Assembly (NCBI GenBank): GCA_964611355.1
Contig: CAZSYD010000020.1
Coordinates: 1 to 38,785 of the forward strand
Length of the DNA stretch: 38,785 nt
Reading direction: 5' to 3'
Source: an uncultured Ignavibacteriales bacterium
GTDB lineage: Bacteria > Zixibacteria > MSB-5A5 > GN15 > JAAZOE01
A model generated the notes under the pieces. That model was not told the origin of the DNA. It saw only the letters and a program-made list of their open reading frames with translations, and made no database searches. Position 1 is the first letter of the stretch; each line of letters starts with the position of its first letter. This document shows positions 1 to 9,017 of this stretch, piece after piece. The position numbers and the translations under genes are program-made.

Positions 1-851
1 CCCAGCGCAAGCGTTTCCTTGAATCGGCCGCGTTTATCAACCTGTTTGTCATAAAGCCACTGGAGATAAAGATTGACGGTTACATATTTGGTCACCGAGG
101 CCGCCAGAATATTCTCGCAATCAACATCGAGGGTTGACCAGTTATCCGTATTTTCATCTGAGATGGTGATCGCCTTGTATAATTTCAGCCTGGATGTCAG
201 GTGTATGTTCTTATGCAGGTGAAGCGACAAGTCGGTTACCGATTCAAAACCGCCGTCGGTGGTTGTCTCGGTTTCCGTCTTTTCACTTAGCGTATCGATT
301 ATTTTGCGATCGAAAGATTCCCGGAGCGCCAAACCAAGGCGTGAATCGATGAAATCCTTCTCCTTTTTATACAGCCTGCGAGTAAGGCCGGCCGATTCGA
401 TCAGGGTTATCGGGTTGATATATCTTTTGATGCTGTCAACCGAAGCGTCCAGAAACTGTGACTCAAACCTTAATCCGAAGAATGGATCGACATACCATTT
501 AGACTGATAGCTGGCGATCGATTCGAGATCGATCTTATCCGTCGATTTGACCGGCCTGGCCCACTTTTTGGTTTCCTGATTTTGGATGTGGGTCTGTCCG
601 AACGAAAGTCTGGCCGTTGACTTGGAAAAAAGCCTTGCTCCAAGCGGACCTTCAAAGAGCGAATTCAGGTTGGTTGCCCAACTGGCATTGCCGGCCTCGC
701 CCCCGGACCAACTATCGGAATAGGCATTCTGGGTAACGGCGAGGTTGAAATCGACCGACCTGTTCCAGGTTATTGTACTGTCTTCATTTGCCGATGCGTC
801 GTAGTTTGACACAATAAAGAACAAACCAAGGAGAAATATTGTGCGCTTCAT
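1..851 (-). CDS. DUF3078-like outer-membrane beta-barrel protein, 3' end runs off the window
   Basis: Not in the ORF track because there is no stop in the window. Manual translation from ATG at 851: MKRTIFLLGLFFIVSNYDASA (signal peptide)-NEDSTITWNRSVDFNLAVTQNAYSDSWSGGEAG...KSTDKIDLES...VNLYLQWLYDKQVDKRGRFKETLALG. The Q..YS..W.GG, KS.D.I and terminal LYD...FKE.L.LG patterns fit DUF3078. SD-like GAAGGGA upstream. Confidence 0.7.
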   Translation of the reverse strand, partial: MKRTIFLLGLFFIVSNYDASANEDSTITWNRSVDFNLAVTQNAYSDSWSGGEAGNASWATNLNSLFEGPLGARLFSKSTARLSFGQTHIQNQETKKWARPVKSTDKIDLESIASYQSKWYVDPFFGLRFESQFLDASVDSIKRYINPITLIESAGLTRRLYKKEKDFIDSRLGLALRESFDRKIIDTLSEKTETETTTDGGFESVTDLSLHLHKNIHLTSRLKLYKAITISDENTDNWSTLDVDCENILAASVTKYVTVNLYLQWLYDKQVDKRGRFKETLAL

Positions 852-962
852 TGTAATCCCTTCTTTTGACTGTTTGCCGTTTATTCTGAAAGATCCTTTT
901 GCAACTTTCTGCAATTGGTAAGACAAAAATCGCCCTATCGTTTGTCGATCCTATCGTTGGCA

Positions 963-2726
963 TTATCCGCTCAGGGTTTCGATCAGCCGTTTATTATAAA
1001 CCGTCATCATATCGTTGTGCCGCAGGACGGCGATGATCCTGTTTCCGTTCCGAGGTTCAACCACCGGCAACAGTTCCAAATCCTGCAGGGCAAACTTGCG
1101 ACGCACTTCTTCGAGGTTATCATCCGGGTTGACGGTAACAAAGTCGGTGTGAGCGATGTCCTCGGCGATAACCAGGTCCTGAAGGCCGCTTTTGGTTAGT
1201 ACGCTGCGCAAATCCTGGAGCGATATGACCCCGCGCAAACAACGGTTCCTGTCAACGACCATGTAATACGATTCGCGGGTCGATTCAATTTTATGAATAA
1301 TCTCCCGCAGATGCGTCGTCGGGCTGACTGTTTCGAAGTTACGATCCATCACCTCGTAAGCTTTTATTGACCTGAGAATCATGAGGTCCTTGCCGCCCTT
1401 GAGGAATACTCCGCGAGCGGCCAGCTTGATAGTATAGATTGAATGCTCAAACAGGTGCCTGGCCACCAGCGTTGAAAAGGCAACCGCCACCATCAGAGGC
1501 AAAATTATGTGATAGTCGCCGGTCATTTCGAATATAATCAGGATGGCGGTCAGTGGCGCATGGGTGGTGCCGCCGACCAGTGCGGCCATGCCGACCAGAG
1601 CATAAGCGCCGGTCGAACCGGTAAAAGCCGGGAACTGAGAATGCGCCAGGCTGCCGAAAGCGCCGCCCAGCATAGCTCCCATGAAAAGCGAGGGGGCAAA
1701 GATACCGCCGGAATTACCCGAGCCAAGAGTCAGCGAAGTTGCGGCAATTTTAAGGAAAACCAGAATGAACATAAGCCCGAACGCCATCCTGCCGTAGAGT
1801 GCTATTTGGATAGTGTTGTATCCGTCGGCAAAAATCTGGGGAAAGAAAACGCCGATAATCCCCAGCAGCAATCCGCCAATGGCCGGTTTGACAGTTTCGG
1901 GAATCTTGAAATCGTCGAAAAGACTTTCCGCCCAACCCAGCCCCCTGGTAAATATCACTGCCGCCCCGCCGCAAACACTTCCCAGCAAGACATAAAGCGG
2001 TATCTCCCAGGCTGAGGCCAGTTCGTAGGCGGGGACTTCAAAGGCGGGGTGGTTTCCGAGGAATGAGCGGGTAATAACCGAAGCAATGACCGATGAGAGC
2101 AGAACCGGGGCAAAAGTTTTGATGGCGAAATCGCCTAATATAATCTCGAGCGAAAAGATAATCCCCGCAATCGGCGCATTAAACACGGCCGATATACCGG
2201 CGGCAGCGCCGCAACCGACCAGAATTCTGACCCGGTTGGCTGACATCTTGAATAACTGACCGATGGTCGATCCGATAGCAGAACCGATTTGGATAATCGG
2301 TCCTTCACGACCGGCCGAACCGCCCGATCCGATACATATAGCCGAGGCCAGCGCCTTGATGGCCGCCACTCGTGGGCGGATAATACCCCCTTTCCGAGCA
2401 ACGGCTTCCATTACTTCGGGAACGCCGTGACCTTTGGCTTCTTTCGCGAAGTAGTAAATAATCGGACCGCTAATCAGGCCGCCGATGGCCGGAATAGCTA
2501 TGATCCACCACTTAAACCCTTTTTCTCCGGTTTCAGCCAGACTCGAAAGCGCGTCGGCCGAATAACCGAAAAACAGTTCCCGCGCTTGTTCAATGAGAGA
2601 AATGAAAATGATGGCGCCAAAACCTGTGCCGGTGCCGACCACCACCGCCAGGATTATTAGAATGTTCGTTTCCGAAAGGGTCGGCAGTTTGCCCGGCTTA
2701 AGCTTGGATGTAAAAAATCTACGCAT
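963..2726 (-). CDS. ClC-family chloride channel / Cl-/H+ antiporter with C-terminal CBS pair (~587 aa)
   Basis: ClC motifs GHGVPE, GREGP, FNAP, GGIFAPSLFMGA, HAPLTA and SIY, followed by two CBS repeats. Start placed at ATG 2726 (MRRFFTSK); the ORF track's extension to 3674 is an antisense shadow of the oxidoreductase. Confidence 0.92.
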   Translation of the reverse strand: MRRFFTSKLKPGKLPTLSETNILIILAVVVGTGTGFGAIIFISLIEQARELFFGYSADALSSLAETGEKGFKWWIIAIPAIGGLISGPIIYYFAKEAKGHGVPEVMEAVARKGGIIRPRVAAIKALASAICIGSGGSAGREGPIIQIGSAIGSTIGQLFKMSANRVRILVGCGAAAGISAVFNAPIAGIIFSLEIILGDFAIKTFAPVLLSSVIASVITRSFLGNHPAFEVPAYELASAWEIPLYVLLGSVCGGAAVIFTRGLGWAESLFDDFKIPETVKPAIGGLLLGIIGVFFPQIFADGYNTIQIALYGRMAFGLMFILVFLKIAATSLTLGSGNSGGIFAPSLFMGAMLGGAFGSLAHSQFPAFTGSTGAYALVGMAALVGGTTHAPLTAILIIFEMTGDYHIILPLMVAVAFSTLVARHLFEHSIYTIKLAARGVFLKGGKDLMILRSIKAYEVMDRNFETVSPTTHLREIIHKIESTRESYYMVVDRNRCLRGVISLQDLRSVLTKSGLQDLVIAEDIAHTDFVTVNPDDNLEEVRRKFALQDLELLPVVEPRNGNRIIAVLRHNDMMTVYNKRLIETLSG

Positions 2727-2845
2727 TACCCTAAACCATAGGTGGATCGAAAAGCAATCTATGTATAAAATCTGCTGCGACAACAAAATTATATTTTCTC
2801 TGTACGGGATTCCGGCCGGTAAGACAATATTCACCGCTATTTTGC

Positions 2846-2873
2846 TTGACTTTGGACGCATGTCAGGTAAATT
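2846..2873 (+). promoter_or_regulatory. Putative sigma70 promoter for the FAD oxidoreductase
   Basis: TTGACT (2846-2851), 16-nt spacer, TAAATT (2868-2873) in the divergent intergenic region. Confidence 0.45.
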
Positions 2874-2912
2874 GAGGTCGTGAAATATTTCACGAAGTAA
2901 GCGGTTGTGCTT

Positions 2913-4061
2913 ATGAAGAAAAGCTATGACGCCATAATAATCGGGGGAGGCATTGCCGGGCTGGCGACGGCTTTCAACCTTGCCAAATCCGATTTCGGTG
3001 ATATTCTTGTCCTGGAAAAGGAGATGTTTGTCGGTTCCGGCGCGACGGCCAAATGCGCCGGCGGCGTCCGAGCCCAGTTCTTTTCCCGCGTCAATATCGA
3101 AATATCCATGAAATCGATTGAAATCCTGGAACGTTTCGAGGAAATCACGGGCGAGCCGGCTCTCTACGATCAGGTTGGGTATATGTTCGTACTGACCGAC
3201 GAAGCGACGGTCGAACCGTATTTGAAGGCGGCCCAACTTCAAAAATCGCTCGGTCTGGACGTGAGAATCGTCGGTCCTGATGAGGTTGCGGAAATTGCTC
3301 CACCGGTTCGTACTGACGATATTATTAAGGCTACCTTCTGTGCCCGCGATGGCCTGGGTGACCCACACGAATTCATGCAGGGATATTTCCGAGCGTCCAA
3401 ACGGCTTGGCGTCGAAATTCTCACCGAAACCCCCGCAATCGGCATCATGATTAAAGACGGTAAGGTTTCGGGCGTGAAAACCCCGGACGGAGATATCTCC
3501 ACCGAGCTTATTATTGACGCCGCCGGGCCGCAATCCAAGCTGATCGGCGACATGGCGGGCATTAAGATTCCGATCGAGCCTTATCGGCGTCAGATTGTAA
3601 CATCCGGCGAACTCGATTTTATTCCGGCGACTATGCCGATGGTAGTCGATGTCTCTTCCGGGCTGTATTGCCACAAGGAATCAAAAGGACTGCTTATGGG
3701 ATGGGCAGATCCCGACGTTGAGCCCGGTTTCGACGAATCCCAGGACCCCGATTACAACGACAACATTTTGATGAAGGCGCTTGACCGCATTCCGCAGTTG
3801 GAAACTGCCGAGGTGGCCAACAGTTGGGCGGGGCTGTATGAAACCACGCCCGATCACCACGCTATTATCGGCTTTGCCGATGAGGTCCTGGGATTCTTTA
3901 TCATCGGGGGTTTTTCCGGTCACGGTTTCATGCACTCTCCCGGCGCGGGATTTCTGGCCGCCGAACTGATAACCGGCCAAAAGCCTTCGATCGATATTGA
4001 GAGGCTGGCCCTCAGCCGTTTTGCGCACGGGTCGGTTGAGGAAGAGACAAACGTTATTTAG
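2913..4061 (+). CDS. FAD-dependent oxidoreductase, DAO family (sarcosine oxidase beta / proline dehydrogenase beta-like)
   Basis: N-terminal IIGGGIAG Rossmann motif, GATAKCAGGVRAQF, WAGLYETTPDHHAIIG and GFSGHGFMHSP. Confidence 0.88.
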   Translation: MKKSYDAIIIGGGIAGLATAFNLAKSDFGDILVLEKEMFVGSGATAKCAGGVRAQFFSRVNIEISMKSIEILERFEEITGEPALYDQVGYMFVLTDEATVEPYLKAAQLQKSLGLDVRIVGPDEVAEIAPPVRTDDIIKATFCARDGLGDPHEFMQGYFRASKRLGVEILTETPAIGIMIKDGKVSGVKTPDGDISTELIIDAAGPQSKLIGDMAGIKIPIEPYRRQIVTSGELDFIPATMPMVVDVSSGLYCHKESKGLLMGWADPDVEPGFDESQDPDYNDNILMKALDRIPQLETAEVANSWAGLYETTPDHHAIIGFADEVLGFFIIGGFSGHGFMHSPGAGFLAAELITGQKPSIDIERLALSRFAHGSVEEETNVI

Positions 4062-4100
4062 AACGTGTCGGCAATCAATATATCTGTGTTGATTTTTTAG

Positions 4101-4128
4101 TTGACGCATACTAAAAGAAAGATATTCT
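4101..4128 (+). promoter_or_regulatory. Putative sigma70 promoter 8 nt before the hydrolase ATG
   Basis: TTGACG (4101-4106), 16-nt spacer, TATTCT (4123-4128); no SD before ATG 4137. Confidence 0.45.
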
Positions 4129-4136
4129 AAAGCTCC

Positions 4137-4946
4137 ATGAAGAAGGATATACTCAAGCTTGTTGCCCTCGGCTTGATCCTGTTTGTCGGCGGATTTTTAC
4201 TGAAGTCAATCGGCATCGCCAAGACGTCGGCTCAGGCATCGGACAAAGCAACCGAGAGCGTCCACATCACTTATGTTACTCCCGACGGTCTGACTCTTCA
4301 CGCCTGGTTGGTCGAAGGAACGCCCGACAGCGCGGCGTTATCCCGCCTGACCGGACTGGCTCTGCTTCTGCCGATGATGTCAAAGACTCATGAATCGTAT
4401 GAACCGTTCGCTCAAAAACTCCGCGAAAAGGGATATACAACCATATCGTTTGATATGCGCGGGCACGGGCTTTCGACTAAAATCGGCGATGACAGCGTTT
4501 TCTATTCCAGTATGAATAAAAAAGATTTCGCCAGAATGCCCGAAGATATCGAGAGCTTCTTTCTTGATTTCAAAGCCAAACATCCTAAAAATTATTTATA
4601 TAATGATGTTATCGTCATTGGCGCTTCGATCGGGGCCAATACCGCCGGACTACTTCTTGATCGCAAGTGGGTCAGCCGGGCGGTTTTGCTGTCGCCGGGG
4701 AAAAGTTACCGCGGCCTGGAACCCGGTAAAGTCATGGCGGCCGCCTTTGGCGGGCCGGGTTTGAATAAGCCTGTTTATATCGCCGCCGCTGTGGATGATA
4801 CCTATTCTTCCGAATCGAGCCGGTGGCTGTTCGAAAATTATAAAGGCCCCAAGGTACTCAAAAAATATCCCGGTAAGGATCATGGTACCGATATATTGCA
4901 TAACGTCAAAGACGCCGACAAGGAACTTCTCGACTGGCTGAGATAG
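4137..4946 (+). CDS. Exported or membrane-anchored alpha/beta-fold hydrolase
   Basis: N-terminal hydrophobic segment, FDMRGHGLS, nucleophile elbow GASIG, candidate Asp (AVDD) and His (DHGT). Confidence 0.85.
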   Translation: MKKDILKLVALGLILFVGGFLLKSIGIAKTSAQASDKATESVHITYVTPDGLTLHAWLVEGTPDSAALSRLTGLALLLPMMSKTHESYEPFAQKLREKGYTTISFDMRGHGLSTKIGDDSVFYSSMNKKDFARMPEDIESFFLDFKAKHPKNYLYNDVIVIGASIGANTAGLLLDRKWVSRAVLLSPGKSYRGLEPGKVMAAAFGGPGLNKPVYIAAAVDDTYSSESSRWLFENYKGPKVLKKYPGKDHGTDILHNVKDADKELLDWLR

Positions 4947-4953
4947 CCGGGGC

Positions 4954-5047
4954 GTCGGGTTTCTTATTACGCTGCGCTCCATTCGGAACGCCGACCTGCG
5001 ACTGAAATAACGAGACTTCGTACGGGCGGTTCGTGAACCGCCGCTGC
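4954..5047. repeat. Pair of degenerate REP-like palindromes
   Basis: 4954-4999 reads GCAGGTCGGCGTTCC..GAGCGCAGCGTAA..GAAACCCGAC on the minus strand. 5020-5047 reads GTACGGGCGGTTCGTGAACCGCCGCTGC, with stem GGCGGTTC/GAACCGCC. Both resemble GTAG-type REPs. Confidence 0.55.
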
Positions 5048-5063
5048 GGAAATATTCAGGTCA

Positions 5064-6047
5064 ATGATCTCGGAAGGCAAAAGAAAAACTATCAACGTTC
5101 CATCCGGAATTAAGTCAATCCGGCTGGATAAATTCCTGGCCTCTCTCGATGAGCTTGATGTTTCACGTTCGTTCATACAGAAGATAATTTCGGGTAATCT
5201 GGTTGTCGTCAACGGCAAAACCGTCGGCAAGAACTTTCGCTTGAAAGGCGGCGAGAAAATTGACCTCGTTATCCCGCCGCCGGAAAAATTCGATCTGACG
5301 CCCGAAGACATTGCGCTTAATATCGTCTATGAAGACGAGCATCTGGCGGTGGTGGATAAGCCGGCCGGTTTGGTTGTGCATCCCGCTCCCGGAAATCCCG
5401 GACATACGCTCGTCAATGCCCTGCTGTATCATTTTGGAAGTATATCCGAAGACGACAAAGATTTTCGGCCGGGTATAATCCATCGGCTTGATAGAGATAC
5501 TTCCGGTCTTTTGCTGGTAGGCAAAAACGATGCGGTGGCGCGAAAGCTGCGACGGCAGTTGGCTGATCGACAGGTAACGAAAGTTTATCAGGCCGTTATC
5601 TGCGGACATATGCCTGAGCGGAGCGGCACAATCAACCTGCCTATCGGGAGATCGATCAAAGACCGGAAGAAGATGACGGTTACCGATATCGCTTCCCGCG
5701 AGGCGATAACGCATTACCGGGTGCTGGAAAGCTTTCGCCCGGTTGACCTGGTTGAAGTTAAAATCGAGACGGGGCGGACGCATCAAATAAGGGTGCATTT
5801 TTCGCATTTGAATCGGCCGGTTTTCGGTGATCCCGATTACGGCGGCCGAAATAAATGGTTGAGGAGTATCGATCCCTCGGCACGAAAATCGGGGAAAGCC
5901 CTGCTGGAAATAATCGACCGGCAGGCGCTTCATGCAAAAACTCTGGTGTTTACCCATCCGGTTACCGGAAAGGAAATGGAAATCACCAGCGACCTCCCTG
6001 ACGATATTAAAAGGCTTCTAAACGTTCTCAGGGAAAAATATCAATAG
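5064..6047 (+). CDS. rluD: RluA-family 23S rRNA pseudouridine synthase with S4 domain
   Basis: RLDKFLA S4 domain, VVDKPAGLVVHP, catalytic HRLDRDTSG, TGRTHQIRVH and RQALHA. Confidence 0.93.
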   Translation: MISEGKRKTINVPSGIKSIRLDKFLASLDELDVSRSFIQKIISGNLVVVNGKTVGKNFRLKGGEKIDLVIPPPEKFDLTPEDIALNIVYEDEHLAVVDKPAGLVVHPAPGNPGHTLVNALLYHFGSISEDDKDFRPGIIHRLDRDTSGLLLVGKNDAVARKLRRQLADRQVTKVYQAVICGHMPERSGTINLPIGRSIKDRKKMTVTDIASREAITHYRVLESFRPVDLVEVKIETGRTHQIRVHFSHLNRPVFGDPDYGGRNKWLRSIDPSARKSGKALLEIIDRQALHAKTLVFTHPVTGKEMEITSDLPDDIKRLLNVLREKYQ

Positions 6048-6096
6048 TTATCCGGGTGATTATAAAATCGGATTGTTGTCGTTTATGAGCGTCAAT

Positions 6097-6193
6097 GAGA
6101 TTGCCGCGTCACACTTTACTTCGCCTGCTTCGTTTTACTTCCTTCGCTTCACTCAGGATTTCGCAGCGCAGCGCAGGACTCCTCGCGATCGCA
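6097..6193. repeat. Composite (nested) palindromic repeat element
   Basis: Outer GAGATTGCCGCGTC...CTCCTCGCGATCGC, middle CCTGCTTCG...GCAGG, inner TTCCTTCGCTTCACTCAGGAT. The minus strand reads AIARS...ILSEAKE, typical translations of such elements. Confidence 0.55.
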
Positions 6194-6351
6194 TTTCCTG
6201 ACTTTGTCATAAATCCGACCCGCCGTTTTGAAGGTGGATTTTTATCGTTTTGAAACCATGGATCGGTAACCTGGCCGAAACGTATCAAGCCCTTCGTCGA
6301 AATCGTAGCATGTCTATATTCGTGCAAACCGGTGTTGATCCAAGCTACCAC

Positions 6352-6380
6352 TTGACAACCGGCATTGTGTCGGCTAATTT
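6352..6380 (+). promoter_or_regulatory. Putative sigma70 promoter for purM and downstream genes
   Basis: TTGACA (6352-6357), 17-nt spacer, TAATTT (6375-6380); ATG 10 nt downstream. Confidence 0.6.
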
Positions 6381-6390
6381 GGCCCGTACC

Positions 6391-7431
6391 ATGGTGGATA
6401 AGAAAAAAGTCAACTATGCTTCGGCGGGAGTCAGTCTCGAAGCGGCCGATAAAGCCCTGGAAAAGGTTAAAAAGCTGGCGCGTTCTACGTTTAACGAAAA
6501 TGTCCTCTCGGATATCGGGTCGTTCGGCGGGCTGTTCAAGATTCCGGTCGCCGACTACGATGAACCGGTTCTGGTTTCCTCCACCGACAGCGTCGGCACC
6601 AAGCTGAAACTGGCTTTTATTTCGGGAATACATACGACCGTCGGACAGGATATCGTCAACCATTGTGTCAACGACATCCTGGTTCAGGGAGCAAAGCCGC
6701 TTTTTTTCATGGATTATATCGGCGTTGGCCGGCTGGAACCAAACATCATTGCTGATGTTGTTTCCGGTCTGGCGCAGGGCTGCCGGGAAAACGATATGTC
6801 TCTTCTCGGCGGTGAGATGGCGGAGTTGCCCGGTTTTTATAATGACGGCGAGTATGATCTTGTTGGGACTATCGTCGGTATTGTCGATCGCAAGGATATT
6901 ATAGACGGTTCGGCGATAGGCGAAGGGGATATCATCCTCGGTCTTCCTTCGGTCGGCCTGCATACCAACGGATATTCTCTGGCCCGCAAGATTTGTTTCG
7001 AGATCGCCGGGTTGAAGATTGACGATTATGTTGAATCAATCGACAATGAAATCGGCCGGGAATTGATGAAGGTTCACAGGAGTTATCTCAAGCCGGTAAG
7101 CGCCCTTCTGAAGGAACTGCGCCCCGGCGGCATGGCTCATATTACCGGCGGGGGGATTGCCGGAAACCTGGTAAGAATAATTCCGGAAAGCCTGAAGGCG
7201 AAAGTCGAACGTGACCGCCGGCCGAAACTGCCGATTTTCGATTACCTCCGGAAAACCGGCAATGTCGCCGACGATGATATGTACGACGCTTTTAATATGG
7301 GGATAGGATACATAATCGTTGTTGCACCGGACGACATCGAAAAAGCCGAGAATATTCTCTCCGGTTGCGGACAGTCAGGTTACCGTATCGGGCGGATTGA
7401 ACGCGGAAGCCGGGCGGTGGAGATTGTTTAG
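6391..7431 (+). CDS. purM: Phosphoribosylformylglycinamidine cyclo-ligase (AIR synthase)
   Basis: YASAGV, IGSFGGLF, STDSVGTKL, LLGGEMAELPG, GLHTNGYSL, AHITGGG and FNMGIG. Start placed at ATG 6391 (MVDKKKV), downstream of the promoter. Confidence 0.96.
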   Translation: MVDKKKVNYASAGVSLEAADKALEKVKKLARSTFNENVLSDIGSFGGLFKIPVADYDEPVLVSSTDSVGTKLKLAFISGIHTTVGQDIVNHCVNDILVQGAKPLFFMDYIGVGRLEPNIIADVVSGLAQGCRENDMSLLGGEMAELPGFYNDGEYDLVGTIVGIVDRKDIIDGSAIGEGDIILGLPSVGLHTNGYSLARKICFEIAGLKIDDYVESIDNEIGRELMKVHRSYLKPVSALLKELRPGGMAHITGGGIAGNLVRIIPESLKAKVERDRRPKLPIFDYLRKTGNVADDDMYDAFNMGIGYIIVVAPDDIEKAENILSGCGQSGYRIGRIERGSRAVEIV

Positions 7432-7481
7432 TCAATTTCGATTATCATTAAGCAATAAACTTCTCGATATTGCAGGCTGAT

Positions 7482-9017
7482 ATGTTTTTATGGTGCATTC
7501 TCGATGGCTTTGGCCTCAGGCCGGAAGCGGAAGGCAATGCGATTATCGCGGCCAAAAAGCCGAATATTACCCGGCTGTTTAATCGTTGGCCCAACCGACA
7601 GATAAGCGGTTCCGGCCTGGCGGTCGGGTTGCCGGAAGGCCAGATGGGCAATTCCGAGGTCGGGCATCTCAACTTTGGAGCCGGGCGGGTGGTTTATCAG
7701 GATATTACCCGAATCGACAAATCCATCAAAGACGGTTCTTTCTTCAATAACGATGTGCTGGTTTCATCAATGAGGGAGACGATTGAAAAAGGCAAAGCGA
7801 TTCATCTTTTGGGGCTGGTCTCGGATGGCTGCGTCCACAGTTCCATGGTGCATCTTGAAGCCCTGATTAAAATGGCCGCCGATATGAAAGCGCCGAAACT
7901 GTTTTTGCACGCTTTCCTTGACGGTCGCGATACCCCGCCTCATTCGGGGGCCGGGTATATCAAACAGACGCAGGAAATGTTCAAAAAGCATGGTATAGGT
8001 TCTATTGCTACCCTGATGGGTCGGTACTGGGGCATGGATCGTGACAAACGCTGGGATCGGGTGGAAAAAGCTTACAATGCCATTGTCCATGGCCGGGGCA
8101 GAGTAAGTTCGGACCCGGTGACGGCCGTGGAAGAATCGTACAAGGCCGACGTTACCGACGAGTTTGTCGAACCGGTTGTTTTTAGTTCCGGCAACGGGGA
8201 TGGCAGACTTACTTCCGGCGATTTGGCCCTTTTTTTCAATTTCCGCTCCGACAGGGTCAGGCAACTAAACCATGTCTTTGAAGGCAATCAGCCTTTGACC
8301 GACATCCCGGAAACCAACAATCCCGATAGCTTGAAAGTTAACCTGGTCAATATGACTCTCTATGACGAAACGCTGAAAACGCCGAAGATTGCGTTCCCGC
8401 CGGTTAGACTTACTCATATATTCGGCGAGGTCATCTCTGCGCACGGACTGAAGCAGCTTCGTATCGCCGAAACCGAGAAATACCCTCATGTGACCTACTT
8501 TTTCAACGGCGGCGAAGAAAAGCCGTTTCCGGGCGAGGACAGGATTATGATACCCTCGCCGAAAGTAGCCACTTATGATTTACAGCCGGAAATGTCGGCT
8601 CCTGAGGTGGCCGATAAAACGGTCAAAGCAATCGAAAGCGAAAAATACGACGTGATCGTTCTGAACTTCGCCAATTGCGATATGGTTGGACACACAGGGG
8701 TATTTGACGCCGCCGTGAAGGCGGTCGAGACGGTTGACGGTTGCGCCGGAAAAGTATTCGATGCCCTTTCGAGTAAGAATGGCGCCGGGATACTCACCGC
8801 CGATCATGGCAACGCCGAGTTGATGATCGATTTTGAAAACGGCGGTCCGCACACCGCTCACACCACCAACCCGGTTCCCTTCGTGCTGGTAAACGGGCCA
8901 AAAGGAGCGACTCTCCGTCCCGGCGGCAAACTGGCCGATGTCGCCCCGACCATCCTTGAACTTCTCAACATCGAAAAACCTGTTGAAATGACCGGCCGGT
9001 CTCTGTTACTTTGGTGA
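7482..9017 (+). CDS. gpmI: 2,3-bisphosphoglycerate-independent phosphoglycerate mutase
   Basis: ILDGFG, VGLPEGQMGNSEVGH, DGRDTPP, MDRDKRW, AETEKYPHVTYFFNGG, DMVGHTG and TADHGNAE. Alternative TTG start at 7470. Confidence 0.97.
   Translation: MFLWCILDGFGLRPEAEGNAIIAAKKPNITRLFNRWPNRQISGSGLAVGLPEGQMGNSEVGHLNFGAGRVVYQDITRIDKSIKDGSFFNNDVLVSSMRETIEKGKAIHLLGLVSDGCVHSSMVHLEALIKMAADMKAPKLFLHAFLDGRDTPPHSGAGYIKQTQEMFKKHGIGSIATLMGRYWGMDRDKRWDRVEKAYNAIVHGRGRVSSDPVTAVEESYKADVTDEFVEPVVFSSGNGDGRLTSGDLALFFNFRSDRVRQLNHVFEGNQPLTDIPETNNPDSLKVNLVNMTLYDETLKTPKIAFPPVRLTHIFGEVISAHGLKQLRIAETEKYPHVTYFFNGGEEKPFPGEDRIMIPSPKVATYDLQPEMSAPEVADKTVKAIESEKYDVIVLNFANCDMVGHTGVFDAAVKAVETVDGCAGKVFDALSSKNGAGILTADHGNAELMIDFENGGPHTAHTTNPVPFVLVNGPKGATLRPGGKLADVAPTILELLNIEKPVEMTGRSLLLW

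Noticed and set aside
2727..3674. 903-aa ClC ORF with a 316-aa N-terminal extension
   Set aside because: The extension is the antisense frame of the FAD oxidoreductase plus intergenic DNA. It has no recognisable domain, and ClC homology starts after ATG 2726.
6211..6350. Purine-related riboswitch upstream of purM
   Set aside because: Only a small hairpin (AAATCC..GGATTT) is visible, and the best promoter lies downstream of it, next to the start codon.
6109..6963. 284-aa minus-strand ORF, and the 47-codon upstream extension of purM
   Set aside because: The first is an antisense shadow of purM ending in the repeat element. The extension spans the purM promoter.
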